Shown piece after piece: positions 1 through 9,413 of a stretch of 64,000 nt of DNA. Every line of letters starts with the position of its first letter. Positions within the stretch are counted from its first letter, which is position 1. The stretch comes from an uncultured Candidatus Saccharibacteria bacterium (lineage in GTDB: Bacteria > Patescibacteriota > Saccharimonadia > Saccharimonadales > JALRHH01). Below the pieces are notes generated by a model. That model ran no database searches and had not been told where the DNA came from. It was given only the letters and a program-made list of their open reading frames with translations. The stretch is taken from contig CAZXDT010000004.1 of the NCBI GenBank assembly GCA_964639295.1, positions 11,096 through 75,095 of the forward strand. The letters run 5' to 3'. The position numbers were made by a program, and so were the translations under genes.

Positions 1-723
1 ATCTGTTTCGAGGTCGAAGAACGACTCAAGGCAGAACTAAACATCCCGGTATTTCATGACGATCAACATGGCACGGCCATAGTTGTATTAGCTGGACTCA
101 TTAACTCAATGAAGATTACGGGTCGTAACCTCAACGACTGCCGTATTGTCACCGTTGGTGCTGGTGCTGCTGGCACGGCAATTATGAAGCTCATTCACAA
201 ATATGCCGAAGGTGCCGAAATCCTTGCAGTAGATAGCAAGGGTATCATCAGCTCTGACAGAACTGATCTCAACGATGAGAAGAAAAAGCTTCTTGAGTTT
301 ACAAACCACGAATCCGTTAGCGGCTCGTTAGAATATGCACTCAAAAACGCTGATATATTTATTGGTGTATCGAAAGCTGGACTCCTGACAGCAGAAATGG
401 TCAGTACAATGGCAAAGGATCCTATTATCTTTGCAATGGCCAACCCCGTTCCTGAGATACTACCTGAGGTTGCGAAGCAGGCAGGTGTAGCAATCATGGC
501 TACCGGCCGTAGTGACTTCCCTAACCAAGTTAATAACGCCCTAGCCTTCCCGGGCATATTCCGCGGGGCACTCGATAACAAAGTTACCAAGATTACCGAT
601 GATCACAAACTAGCAGTAGCAGAAGTGATTGCCGGCCTCGTAGAAAACCCTACCGCCGAAAATATCATTCCGTCCGTCCTCGATGAACGCCTCGTCCCCG
701 AAATCGCCAAAGTCATCGTCTAA
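1..723 (+). CDS. NAD(P)-dependent malic enzyme, C-terminal part (5' end outside the window)
   Basis: Frame 1 is open from base 1 (ICFEVEERLKAELNIPVFHDDQHGTAIV). It has a GAGAAG Rossmann motif and the malic-enzyme NAD-domain motifs ANPVPE and ALAFPGIFRGALD. Confidence 0.85.
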   Translation: MCFEVEERLKAELNIPVFHDDQHGTAIVVLAGLINSMKITGRNLNDCRIVTVGAGAAGTAIMKLIHKYAEGAEILAVDSKGIISSDRTDLNDEKKKLLEFTNHESVSGSLEYALKNADIFIGVSKAGLLTAEMVSTMAKDPIIFAMANPVPEILPEVAKQAGVAIMATGRSDFPNQVNNALAFPGIFRGALDNKVTKITDDHKLAVAEVIAGLVENPTAENIIPSVLDERLVPEIAKVIV

Positions 724-2351
724 CCAACGACTCTAAGCACTTCTTCTAATGATGTTTCGCCAGCTATGGCTTTGAGGATGCCTTCTTGAAGCATAGTCAT
801 CATGCCGCTATTGATAGCAGCTTCTTCTATTTCTTGGGCAGATGGCTGACCACCGTGCTCTAGTAGGGCGCGAATCTCACCGTTCATTGTGAACTGTTCG
901 CGGAGTGCAATTTGCCCGGTGTAGCCAAAAGGATTTTCTGGAGATTTGCCTGGGTGATAAAGTTGAACATTCGTTAGGTCTGGTCTTTCGACACCGTGCG
1001 GTAGATTATCTACGACATGGCGGAGACCCTCAAGCGTCTTTTCATCAGGCGTGTAGGCTTCTTTGGTAGCATCATCGAGTCGCCTTACAAGCCGCTGAGC
1101 CATAATTAAACGAATAGCAGATACAAACAACGGGTTCTGGCCAATAGAGTCCATTAAACGGCTAATTGCAGCTGCCGCAGAGGATGCATGGAATGTAGAC
1201 AGGACCAAGTGACCAGTCAGTGAGGCTTGCAATGCAGTCTTAGCTGTATCCATGTCACGAATCTCACCGACCATCACAATATCTGGGTCAAGTCGTAGGA
1301 TGGCACGTAGTTTATTAGCAAAGCCTGATTCATTCACAGTATTACTACTAACTGGAATCTGGGTAATACCTTCGAACTGGTACTCGACAGGGTCTTCAAC
1401 TGTAATAATCTTACGTTCTTCGCTGTTAAGCGAGTTAAGCATGGAATACAAAGTGGTTGTCTTACCAGAACCAGTTGGACCAACAATCAACACCAGTCCA
1501 CTTGGTTTAGCAATAATATCATCGACGATTGCACGCTCGGGTGGCGACAAGCCAAGTCGATCAAGGTTATACATTTCTTGGTCCATATTAAACAAACGCA
1601 TGACCATATCCATGCCATTAACAGTGGGTACTGTTTCCAGACGAAGGTTAATGTCTACTTCTGTACCGTCAGCCATTTTGATCTTTTGTGAGACATGGCC
1701 TTGCTGGGCTTCATCAGAGGATGTAGAGATATTGCCCGCGCTCGCAATTGCAGACATAAGCACGCGGTACTTTTCAAAACTTAGTTGCGCGATAGGGTGC
1801 AAGATACCATCAATGCGGAACCTGATACGAACAAATTCCTTCTGGTTTTCGATATGAAGGTCAGATGAGCCAAGTCGGTGAGCCTGTTGTACGAGATATG
1901 CCAGCATATCATCTGCACGCACTTGCTCAAGCGTTGCAGAGACTTGCTTCATGAGATCTGCACCATTATCAGAATTGATCGAGATATCTTGATAGACTAC
2001 CTGTTTAGGTGGGTCATATAGCTTCATGTATTCGCGGTAACCAGCGTCAGAAATAAGTACAAAGTTTGCACGCTGATCTAGGAATCGCTGGCGGAGCTGC
2101 TCCATTGTCTGCCTGGAGGTAGTGTTTGTTACGCCAAAAGTCACATTGCTCTGATCGGCAACGATTGGAATAACACGCATTGAATACAGCTCTTCTATGG
2201 TCAGAAGGTCTTTGTATAATGTTTTCTGCGCAATTTGTGAGGTATCAGTGTATTGGAGGCCCAATATCTGAGCTCGACGCTGTGCATTGAGCTCCTCGTC
2301 GCGACGGGCATCTTGTGACATATGGTTCATTATAACCACAAGCACTTCCAA
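720..2351 (-). CDS. pilB: GspE/PilB-family type IV pilus / type II secretion ATPase
   Basis: 543 aa with Walker A GPTGSGKTTT, the VGEIRD Asp box and a TGHLVLSTFH His box, plus an N-terminal T2SSE_N-like region. The true start may be an internal Met (MSQD..., about 2321). Confidence 0.85.
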   Translation of the reverse strand: MEVLVVIMNHMSQDARRDEELNAQRRAQILGLQYTDTSQIAQKTLYKDLLTIEELYSMRVIPIVADQSNVTFGVTNTTSRQTMEQLRQRFLDQRANFVLISDAGYREYMKLYDPPKQVVYQDISINSDNGADLMKQVSATLEQVRADDMLAYLVQQAHRLGSSDLHIENQKEFVRIRFRIDGILHPIAQLSFEKYRVLMSAIASAGNISTSSDEAQQGHVSQKIKMADGTEVDINLRLETVPTVNGMDMVMRLFNMDQEMYNLDRLGLSPPERAIVDDIIAKPSGLVLIVGPTGSGKTTTLYSMLNSLNSEERKIITVEDPVEYQFEGITQIPVSSNTVNESGFANKLRAILRLDPDIVMVGEIRDMDTAKTALQASLTGHLVLSTFHASSAAAAISRLMDSIGQNPLFVSAIRLIMAQRLVRRLDDATKEAYTPDEKTLEGLRHVVDNLPHGVERPDLTNVQLYHPGKSPENPFGYTGQIALREQFTMNGEIRALLEHGGQPSAQEIEEAAINSGMMTMLQEGILKAIAGETSLEEVLRVVG

Positions 2352-2381
2352 TGAACAGACATAAAACGTAGACTGGAACGG

Positions 2382-2879
2382 ATGAGAGACATAATCTTAA
2401 TTGCACACGATATCCGAAGTTGCCACAATATTGGCTCTTTACTGCGCACCGCAGAGGGTTTGGGGGCTACCAAAGTGTATCTTACAGGTTACACACCCTA
2501 CCCACAAAAGACCAATGATCCCCGTCTGCCACATATAGCAGAAAAGTTAACTAAACAGATTAGCAAAACTGCTCTTGGGGCCGAAACTTCACAGACTTGG
2601 GAGCAATCTGACACAATTGAGCCAATTCTGTCTAAACTGAAAGCTGACGGATACACGCTTATCGGGCTTGAACAAACACAACATTCAACACCACTAAATG
2701 AATACCAACCACCGACAAAAGTAGCTCTTCTATTAGGACGTGAAGTGGAGGGTATTGCGCTAGAACTTGTCAAACTCCTCGATGCAACACTAGAAATACC
2801 GATGTACGGTACCAAAGAATCTTTCAATGTTGTCCAAGCAGCTGCAATGAGCCTGTACCATTTGCGCTTTACAGAGTAA
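2382..2879 (+). CDS. SpoU/TrmH-family RNA 2'-O-methyltransferase
   Basis: 165 aa with SpoU motifs NIGSLLRTAEGLG, LLLGREVEGI and IPMYGTKESFNVVQAAAM. Confidence 0.8.
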   Translation: MRDIILIAHDIRSCHNIGSLLRTAEGLGATKVYLTGYTPYPQKTNDPRLPHIAEKLTKQISKTALGAETSQTWEQSDTIEPILSKLKADGYTLIGLEQTQHSTPLNEYQPPTKVALLLGREVEGIALELVKLLDATLEIPMYGTKESFNVVQAAAMSLYHLRFTE

Positions 2880-2918
2880 GTTAGTACAATATGCTATAGC
2901 GAAAGTTAAACCAAAACT

Positions 2919-3836
2919 ATGCAAAAACTAAAAGCTAGACCAAATACCGTTACCCACCGCAAGCGGCAGGGTGAACACCACAAACGAAGTAAGGCTTATT
3001 CGAAGGTCTATTGGCCCTACGTACCAATGCTACTTGTCGTACTTGGCGGTCTACTTTTTAATTCCTGGTTGTCCCGACCTCAGGTACATGGCGTCCTTGC
3101 ATATGCGACAGAAATTAGCTTACAGAAACTACTTGATACAACTAATTCCCAACGTAAATCTAACGGTAAGTCAAACCTTGTAATCAACGACAAGCTAACA
3201 TCAGCCGCACAAGCAAAGGCTAATGATATGGCTAAGCGTAATTACTGGTCACACACAACGCCTGACGGTAATGCACCGTGGGTCTTTGTAAAGGACTCTG
3301 GATACGCTTACCAAAAAGCTGGCGAGAACTTGGCATACGGCTTCGATAGCAGCTCTGATACTGTTGCTGGCTGGATGAACAGTAAATCACACCGAGAAAA
3401 CCTCCTAGATGGAGCCTACAAGGAGGTTGGATTTGGCTATGCTAATGTTGCTAACTTCAATAAGTCGGGTCCAGAAACTGTAGTTGTAGCTATGTACGGC
3501 GAACCACAGACTGGAGCTAACCAAGCACCTACTGCTGCACCGACCAATGATGGACCTATAACAAGCAACTCGTCACACTTTGGCGAGCCCGCAACACTTG
3601 CAGTATCACGCATACAGTCGCTTACTGGTGGAAGTGCACCATGGATCAGCTTTGCAGTCGGACTATTCATTGGTGCGTCACTCATTTACATGGCGCTCAA
3701 ACATGGACGAGCCTTCAAACGGGCCTTCATTCACGGCGAGGAATTCTTCCTCCACCACCCAGTACTTGATGTAGTCCTGGTCGGATTGGTTATGGTTGGA
3801 TACATTCTTTCCCAAACTGCCGGCGTCATCCGCTAG
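2919..3836 (+). CDS. CAP/SCP (PR-1-like) domain protein with N- and C-terminal transmembrane segments
   Basis: 305 aa with CAP-type motifs (NYWSHTTPDG, GENLAYGF, WMNSKSHRENLL). Hydrophobic helices are present near both ends. Confidence 0.7.
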   Translation: MQKLKARPNTVTHRKRQGEHHKRSKAYSKVYWPYVPMLLVVLGGLLFNSWLSRPQVHGVLAYATEISLQKLLDTTNSQRKSNGKSNLVINDKLTSAAQAKANDMAKRNYWSHTTPDGNAPWVFVKDSGYAYQKAGENLAYGFDSSSDTVAGWMNSKSHRENLLDGAYKEVGFGYANVANFNKSGPETVVVAMYGEPQTGANQAPTAAPTNDGPITSNSSHFGEPATLAVSRIQSLTGGSAPWISFAVGLFIGASLIYMALKHGRAFKRAFIHGEEFFLHHPVLDVVLVGLVMVGYILSQTAGVIR

Positions 3837-3851
3837 ATTAGCTCTGGCTCA

Positions 3852-6800
3852 CTAATGGAGTTTGATGTTATCAGCTCCGACAAGCTCTGATATTTCATTC
3901 ATTATGTTCTGTGCGTGAACACGCATAGGCAAACGGATAATTTGCTTAGTGGCCTCTGGGCCAACTACAAGAACAACTTCTGTCTCACCCTGCATGCTGT
4001 CTATCTTACTCTTTAGTGTCATCAGCGTATCAGTATCATCGCTTTGTTCTACACGAATGTACAGACGAGGGTTCACCGGCTCTACGACACTTGGTTTAGG
4101 CGCCATAGCAACCTTTTTAGTTGGCTTAGGAGTCTTCTTTTTCTTGCCGGTTGGTTGATAGGCTGCAGCTTGTTCAGATGTAATCTCACGCGCATCATCT
4201 ACGAGAACTTTTAGATCGTTAGTAGTGTTGCCATCACGATCTTTGGCGTTAATCTTGCCCTTTACATGTACGATTCTGTCACGTTCCCATATGCCAATTG
4301 TCTGTTGGTAGATGCTCGGAAATAGTATAAGTTCGAGCTCAGAGAACTGATCGGCAATCTTTACAAAAGCCATCTTTTGACCTTTTTTGGTCATAATTTC
4401 ACGCATTTCCATGACTGCACCGCCGATACTGACGGCCTTACCATCATGCTCTGGCTTGAGTGTACTGAGCGGGACTGTTTGTTCTGCAAGTATTAATTCA
4501 AATGCCTCAAGTGGATGCTGACTCAAATAGAGCCCTAAGAGTTCACGTTCCCATGTTAACTGATCACGCATGGGATAAATTATAGTTGCAGCCTCTAGTG
4601 CTAACTGTGGTTTCAGATTTGCAGCATCATCTAAGATATTCCCAAATAAATCTACTTGCCCACTTGAACGCTCCTTCTGCAAACGCTGAGCATATGCAAG
4701 CATCACATCAAGGTTGTGTAGCAGATAACTCCGTTCACCAAAGCGGTCCAATGCGCCTGCCTTAATCAGACTATCTAGACCCTTACGGTTAACTATTCGA
4801 GTATTAACACGGGCAAAAAAGTCATCTAAATCCTGGAATTGGCCTTCTTTGCGTGCACGAAGGATTTCTTCCACTGCACCGGTACCAACATTTTTGATTG
4901 CAGCCATGCCGAATCTAATTGCATTGGTTTTAGGTACGACAGCAAATTCAACGAATGATTCGTTCACATCTGGTGGCATGACTTCGATTCCCATGTGCTT
5001 ACACTCTGCGATTTCGATTGCCAAGCGGTCAGTATCGTCATAGTCACTGGTCATAACAGCTGCCATAAATGCTGCTGGGTAGTGCGCTTTTAGATATGCA
5101 GTCTGGTATGCAATCAGGCCATAGCAAGCGGAGTGGGATTTGTTGAAACAATAATCCGCAAAGCCAATAAGCTTGGCCCAAAAATCTTCAATCAATTTAC
5201 GATTAATGCCGTTTTCAATCGCGCCCTCAATAAAGCGCTTCTCCATCTTGAGCATCATGTCACGCTTCTTTTTACCAATAGCTTTACGTAACGTGTCAGC
5301 CTCACCGCCAGTAAACCCACAGACGTCTTTGGAAATCTGCATAAACTGCTCCTGGTAGACTAGTACTCCGTAAGTACTACTGAGTGCTGGCTCCATAGAT
5401 GGGTGATCGTAAACTACTGTTTCGTGTCCATTTTTACGACGGATAAAGGTATCAACTAGCCCAGCACCTAGGGGTCCAGGACGGTATAGAGCACACATAG
5501 CGATAATGTCATCAAACTCTGTCGGTTTGAGGTCTTTTAGGTAGCGTTTCATGCCAGAAGATTCCAGCTGGAACACTCCAGTTGTATCACCTCGCTGGAG
5601 TAGCTGGAAGGTCTTTTCGTCATCCAATGGGATGGTGTTTATATCAACGTCCGTCTTGTAGACTTTCCTGACAATTCGGAGTGCATTCTTGATAGTTGTT
5701 AGGTTACTAAGTCCCAAGAAGTCCATCTTGAGTAATCCTAGCTCTTCAACCGGGCCCATAGAATATTGGGTCGTGACGACACCCTTTTGAGCCATTTCAA
5801 GGGGCGCAAACTTTACGATTGAATCAGGTGCAATCACAACACCCGCTGCGTGCACCCCATGACTCCGAATTGTTCCTTCGAGGATTACTGCCTGGTCAAG
5901 GACCTTCTTAGCAATATCATTTGTCTCGTATTCGCGCTTCAAATCAATATCATTCTTTAGTGAGTCAGCGAGGGGGATATGACGGCCTTGGACTGGTGCC
6001 GGGATCATCTTAGCCAAACGGTCGGCATCTGCGTATGGTACCTGGAGTACACGCGAGACATCACGTACAGCGTTACGCGCAAACATTCGGCCAAAGGTCA
6101 CAATGTTAGCAACACGATCTGTTCCGTATTTTTGTACACAATACTGGATAACCTCATCGCGGCGCGTATCCTGGATATCAATATCGACATCAGGCATAGA
6201 GATACGGTCAGGGTTCAAGAAACGTTCAAACAGTAAGTCATATTCAATTGGGTCAAGTTCTGTGATCTTGAGTGCATACGAGATAATTGATCCTGCCGCT
6301 GATCCACGTCCTGGTCCAAAGACAATTCCTTTGTCCTTACCCCAGTTAATAAAGTCCTGGATGATAAGGAAGTAACCGTTAAAGCCCATGCCTGCAATAA
6401 CGCCCAATTCGTATTCTGCACGAGTAGCAATTTCTTTGGGTAGCGTCTTGATCGCTTGGGGAATAGTTAGTCCCTTGGCTTCGTCTTCTGTTTTGCCACC
6501 ATATCGCCAAGCAAGCCCCCTGTAAACTAGCTTGTGGAGGTATGACTTCTCATCCTCACCTTTTGGTACCGGGAACTTTGGAATGAGGATTTTACCAAGT
6601 TCAATACTGACATCACAACGATCGGCGATCGCCTTGGTATTGGTGATAACTTCTGGGTGATCCTTACCCCAGCGTTCTATGAGCTCTGCCGGTTCCGTGA
6701 CATGCAACGGATAGTCCTTGAGTGACATACGCTTCTCATCACTCAGGAACGAACCAGTACCGACACAAAGTAAAATTTCGTGTGCTTCTTGGTCCTCGTG

Positions 6801-7472
6801 ACGTAAGTAATGGGCATCGCATGTTACGACGACAGGAATATCTAATTCTTCACCGAGTTTCAAAACTTGCTCGTTAATCCCCTGCTGCTCACTACTGTGC
6901 AGTGGGTTATCTGGGTGTCCGTGGTCCTGAATCTCTAGATAATATCTATCGCCAAAAACTGATTTGTACCACTTAGCTATTTCTCTGGCCTGATCATACT
7001 GTCCTTCTTTTAGCGCGCTGCCAACTTCGCCACCCATACAAGCGCTCAGAGCAATAACACCTTCGCTGTATTTTTCTAATAAGTCATGGTCAACACGTGG
7101 AAAATAGTAGAATCCATCAAGGTTCGCAGTCGTACTAAGCTGCATGATGTTCTGGTAGCCAGTGTTGTTCATGGCCAAGAGAATGAGGTGATAACGCTGT
7201 TTGTCTTTAACTGGATCCTTTTCGGTATGTTTGCGTGCTGCGACGTATGTCTCAATCCCGATAATTGGCTTTATACCTTTATCGTGGCCTTCTTTGTAAA
7301 AGTCGATTGCACCGGATAGTGTGCCGTGGTCAGTCATAGCCACTGCTTCCATACCCTGGTCTTTAATAAAGTCCATCAGCGGGCCAATACGCGTCAAACC
7401 ATCCAGTAAACTGTACTGAGTGTGGTTGTGAAGATGAACATAGTCACTTGGTTGTGGCAAAGTCTTAGACAC
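3852..7472 (-). CDS. dnaE: DNA polymerase III alpha subunit
   Basis: 1206 aa with an N-terminal PHP domain (HLHNHTQYSLLDG), the polymerase core (PDVDIDI, GVHAAGVVI, FDFLGL) and a C-terminal OB region. Confidence 0.95.
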   Translation of the reverse strand: MSKTLPQPSDYVHLHNHTQYSLLDGLTRIGPLMDFIKDQGMEAVAMTDHGTLSGAIDFYKEGHDKGIKPIIGIETYVAARKHTEKDPVKDKQRYHLILLAMNNTGYQNIMQLSTTANLDGFYYFPRVDHDLLEKYSEGVIALSACMGGEVGSALKEGQYDQAREIAKWYKSVFGDRYYLEIQDHGHPDNPLHSSEQQGINEQVLKLGEELDIPVVVTCDAHYLRHEDQEAHEILLCVGTGSFLSDEKRMSLKDYPLHVTEPAELIERWGKDHPEVITNTKAIADRCDVSIELGKILIPKFPVPKGEDEKSYLHKLVYRGLAWRYGGKTEDEAKGLTIPQAIKTLPKEIATRAEYELGVIAGMGFNGYFLIIQDFINWGKDKGIVFGPGRGSAAGSIISYALKITELDPIEYDLLFERFLNPDRISMPDVDIDIQDTRRDEVIQYCVQKYGTDRVANIVTFGRMFARNAVRDVSRVLQVPYADADRLAKMIPAPVQGRHIPLADSLKNDIDLKREYETNDIAKKVLDQAVILEGTIRSHGVHAAGVVIAPDSIVKFAPLEMAQKGVVTTQYSMGPVEELGLLKMDFLGLSNLTTIKNALRIVRKVYKTDVDINTIPLDDEKTFQLLQRGDTTGVFQLESSGMKRYLKDLKPTEFDDIIAMCALYRPGPLGAGLVDTFIRRKNGHETVVYDHPSMEPALSSTYGVLVYQEQFMQISKDVCGFTGGEADTLRKAIGKKKRDMMLKMEKRFIEGAIENGINRKLIEDFWAKLIGFADYCFNKSHSACYGLIAYQTAYLKAHYPAAFMAAVMTSDYDDTDRLAIEIAECKHMGIEVMPPDVNESFVEFAVVPKTNAIRFGMAAIKNVGTGAVEEILRARKEGQFQDLDDFFARVNTRIVNRKGLDSLIKAGALDRFGERSYLLHNLDVMLAYAQRLQKERSSGQVDLFGNILDDAANLKPQLALEAATIIYPMRDQLTWERELLGLYLSQHPLEAFELILAEQTVPLSTLKPEHDGKAVSIGGAVMEMREIMTKKGQKMAFVKIADQFSELELILFPSIYQQTIGIWERDRIVHVKGKINAKDRDGNTTNDLKVLVDDAREITSEQAAAYQPTGKKKKTPKPTKKVAMAPKPSVVEPVNPRLYIRVEQSDDTDTLMTLKSKIDSMQGETEVVLVVGPEATKQIIRLPMRVHAQNIMNEISELVGADNIKLH

Positions 7473-7519
7473 CTAGTAATAACCCCTCTTGATCACCTTA
7501 TTTTACCACGTGAGAAGAG

Positions 7520-7801
7520 TTATTCGCCTTTTATCTGGACTGTATCGTGAATTTTGTCTGTGAATGGGCCAATGAGCGGCACCTGGTCAAAGAGATTCAA
7601 AACCCAAAGCAAAATTGCCACTATGATGGTTGCGCCAACTACGCCTCCAAACCCAGCAGCGACGCCTTTCAAGAAGCTCATTTTATATACCCTCTTGCGG
7701 TTCGCATAGCCGGTTTCATAGATGGTTTCCATCATTTTACCGAGCTGTTCGTAATCGAGTGGTTTATTTGGCTTTTTTGATTTCTTGAGCATGCTTTTCA
7801 A
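7520..7801 (-). CDS. Small membrane protein (DUF5665-like)
   Basis: 93 aa with a basic N-terminus followed by FLKGVAAGFGGVVGATIIVAILLWVL. It overlaps the upstream ytxH-like gene by 38 nt, so the start is uncertain. Confidence 0.45.
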   Translation of the reverse strand: MKSMLKKSKKPNKPLDYEQLGKMMETIYETGYANRKRVYKMSFLKGVAAGFGGVVGATIIVAILLWVLNLFDQVPLIGPFTDKIHDTVQIKGE

Positions 7802-8189
7802 GGTAAGATTTTAGGTGCGTAATCGCTTTATTAACATCCGTGACTGCTTTTTGCAGATCCTTATCTTCGCTTTCGCCTTCGTGGAAGGCACTAATAACTT
7901 CACGAGCCTTTTCCTTGGCACCAACAGCAGATTCAAGTGCTTTGTGTAGCTCAGTTTTAGCGCCGGCTTGAGCTGACTTGGCTTTAGTCTTAGCAGTTGT
8001 AATGAGCTTGTTAAGCTCATTATTTAGTTCTTTGAGCTTTTTCTCTGACTCGGTCTTAGCTTTTATGGCCTTGTCCTGTATATCTTTGCGTGTTTCCTTG
8101 CCACTTTTTGGTGCGGTTAATACGCCGACTACATAGCCAACTCCGGCGGCTATAGCAGTACCAACAGCAAACTTCGTTCCTTTACCCAT
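7764..8189 (-). CDS. YtxH-domain general-stress-type protein
   Basis: 141 aa. N-terminal GTAIAAGVGYVVGVLTAPKSGKETRKDI followed by a long charged coiled region is typical of YtxH. Confidence 0.7.
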   Translation of the reverse strand: MGKGTKFAVGTAIAAGVGYVVGVLTAPKSGKETRKDIQDKAIKAKTESEKKLKELNNELNKLITTAKTKAKSAQAGAKTELHKALESAVGAKEKAREVISAFHEGESEDKDLQKAVTDVNKAITHLKSYLEKHAQEIKKAK

Positions 8190-8200
8190 AGCTATTCCCC

Positions 8201-8461
8201 TTATTTACGCTTTGATTTACGACTAAAAAAGTGATCCGAGATACCAGCGAGTACCTTACCCATTAAAACCGGGCCCGCAGCATGCTGCACAAACTCACTC
8301 ACAGCCTCTGCCTTATCGGTCAGTGTTTCAGCTTTTGCGCTGATCCGTTGCACGCTTTTAACGAGCTTGATAATAAACACCAAAGCCACGATATTAACTA
8401 TCAGGAAAATCGTCAATGTTGATGAAAGAATTATAATCAGAATTTGTTCAGCGTTATCCAT
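8201..8461 (-). CDS. Small membrane protein (DUF948-like)
   Basis: 86 aa with one N-terminal transmembrane helix and a helical tail. It is co-directional with the ytxH-like gene. Confidence 0.5.
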   Translation of the reverse strand: MDNAEQILIIILSSTLTIFLIVNIVALVFIIKLVKSVQRISAKAETLTDKAEAVSEFVQHAAGPVLMGKVLAGISDHFFSRKSKRK

Positions 8462-8478
8462 ATGTACTTAGTATATCA

Positions 8479-9384
8479 CTACTTACTTTTTGCTACTACG
8501 TCACGAAGATGCTCTAAGAATGGCTCTTTCAAATCGTTATTTTCGAGTGCGAAATCGACGACTGTTTTGAGATACTCCAGCTTATTACCAGTATCGTAAA
8601 ATGTACCGTTTTGAATCTCAAGGCCATAGAATGTATGCCCATCATTAATCATCTGTTGCATTGAGGGCTGTTGCACAAATTCTTCACCTTCAACCAGGTG
8701 TTCACGGGCTTTTAGCAAGTAGTCGAATAGTTCCGGGTTAAAGATATAGCCACTAACACTCGCTAGATTACTGGGCGCATTTTCCTTTCCTGGCTTTTCG
8801 ACAATGGTACTCATCTTTAACAAGCCGTTTTCCTGCGTCTCTCCTGCGACAATACCATAGCGGTTAAAGTCTTCGTCTTTATCAACTTTAATACAGGTTA
8901 ATACATTTGCGCCTGTGCTGTTATACAACTCAATCATTTGCTTAAACCTAGAAACCGGTTTAGCAACCACAAAATCATCGGCAAAAGTGTAAATGAATGG
9001 TTCATCGCCAATCAGGTGCGCTGCATTTAAAATTGGAGTTGCATTGCCATATGGGCCCTTTTGTCGGATATACGCAAAGTTTGCTAGATTAGAGACTCGC
9101 TGTACATCCTCAAGAATTTGGTCTTTGCCGCCCATAGCTAAATTATCACGAAGATCAGCGCTAATTGCATCAAAGTGATCTTCAATCGAGCGTTTATGAT
9201 AGCCCGTAACAATCACGATATCTTCTATACCTGCATCAACTAACTCTTCAACAATATATTGGATAATTGGCTTATCAACGAGTGGTAGCATTTCCTTGGG
9301 CATTGCCTTAGTTTGTGGCAAGAACCGTGTTCCAAATCCCGCTGCAGCAATCACTGCTTTTCTAACTTTCTTTTGTGTCATCAT
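8479..9384 (-). CDS. galU: UTP--glucose-1-phosphate uridylyltransferase
   Basis: 301 aa with N-terminal AAGFGTRFLPQTKAMPKEMLPLVDKPIIQYIVEE. Confidence 0.9.
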   Translation of the reverse strand: MMTQKKVRKAVIAAAGFGTRFLPQTKAMPKEMLPLVDKPIIQYIVEELVDAGIEDIVIVTGYHKRSIEDHFDAISADLRDNLAMGGKDQILEDVQRVSNLANFAYIRQKGPYGNATPILNAAHLIGDEPFIYTFADDFVVAKPVSRFKQMIELYNSTGANVLTCIKVDKDEDFNRYGIVAGETQENGLLKMSTIVEKPGKENAPSNLASVSGYIFNPELFDYLLKAREHLVEGEEFVQQPSMQQMINDGHTFYGLEIQNGTFYDTGNKLEYLKTVVDFALENNDLKEPFLEHLRDVVAKSK

Positions 9385-9413
9385 GCTAATGATAACAAAC
9401 TAGTCGTGATTTA

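Noticed and set aside
1252-1857. A 201-aa plus-strand ORF, and many similar track ORFs (for example 195..590 minus, 12035..12424 plus, 15555..16013 plus, 31588..32160 plus, 59079..59573 plus, 59873..60328 plus).
   Set aside because: Each lies entirely antisense to or inside a long ORF with clear family motifs. They have low-complexity, Ser/Arg/Leu-rich shadow-frame composition and no ribosome-binding site.
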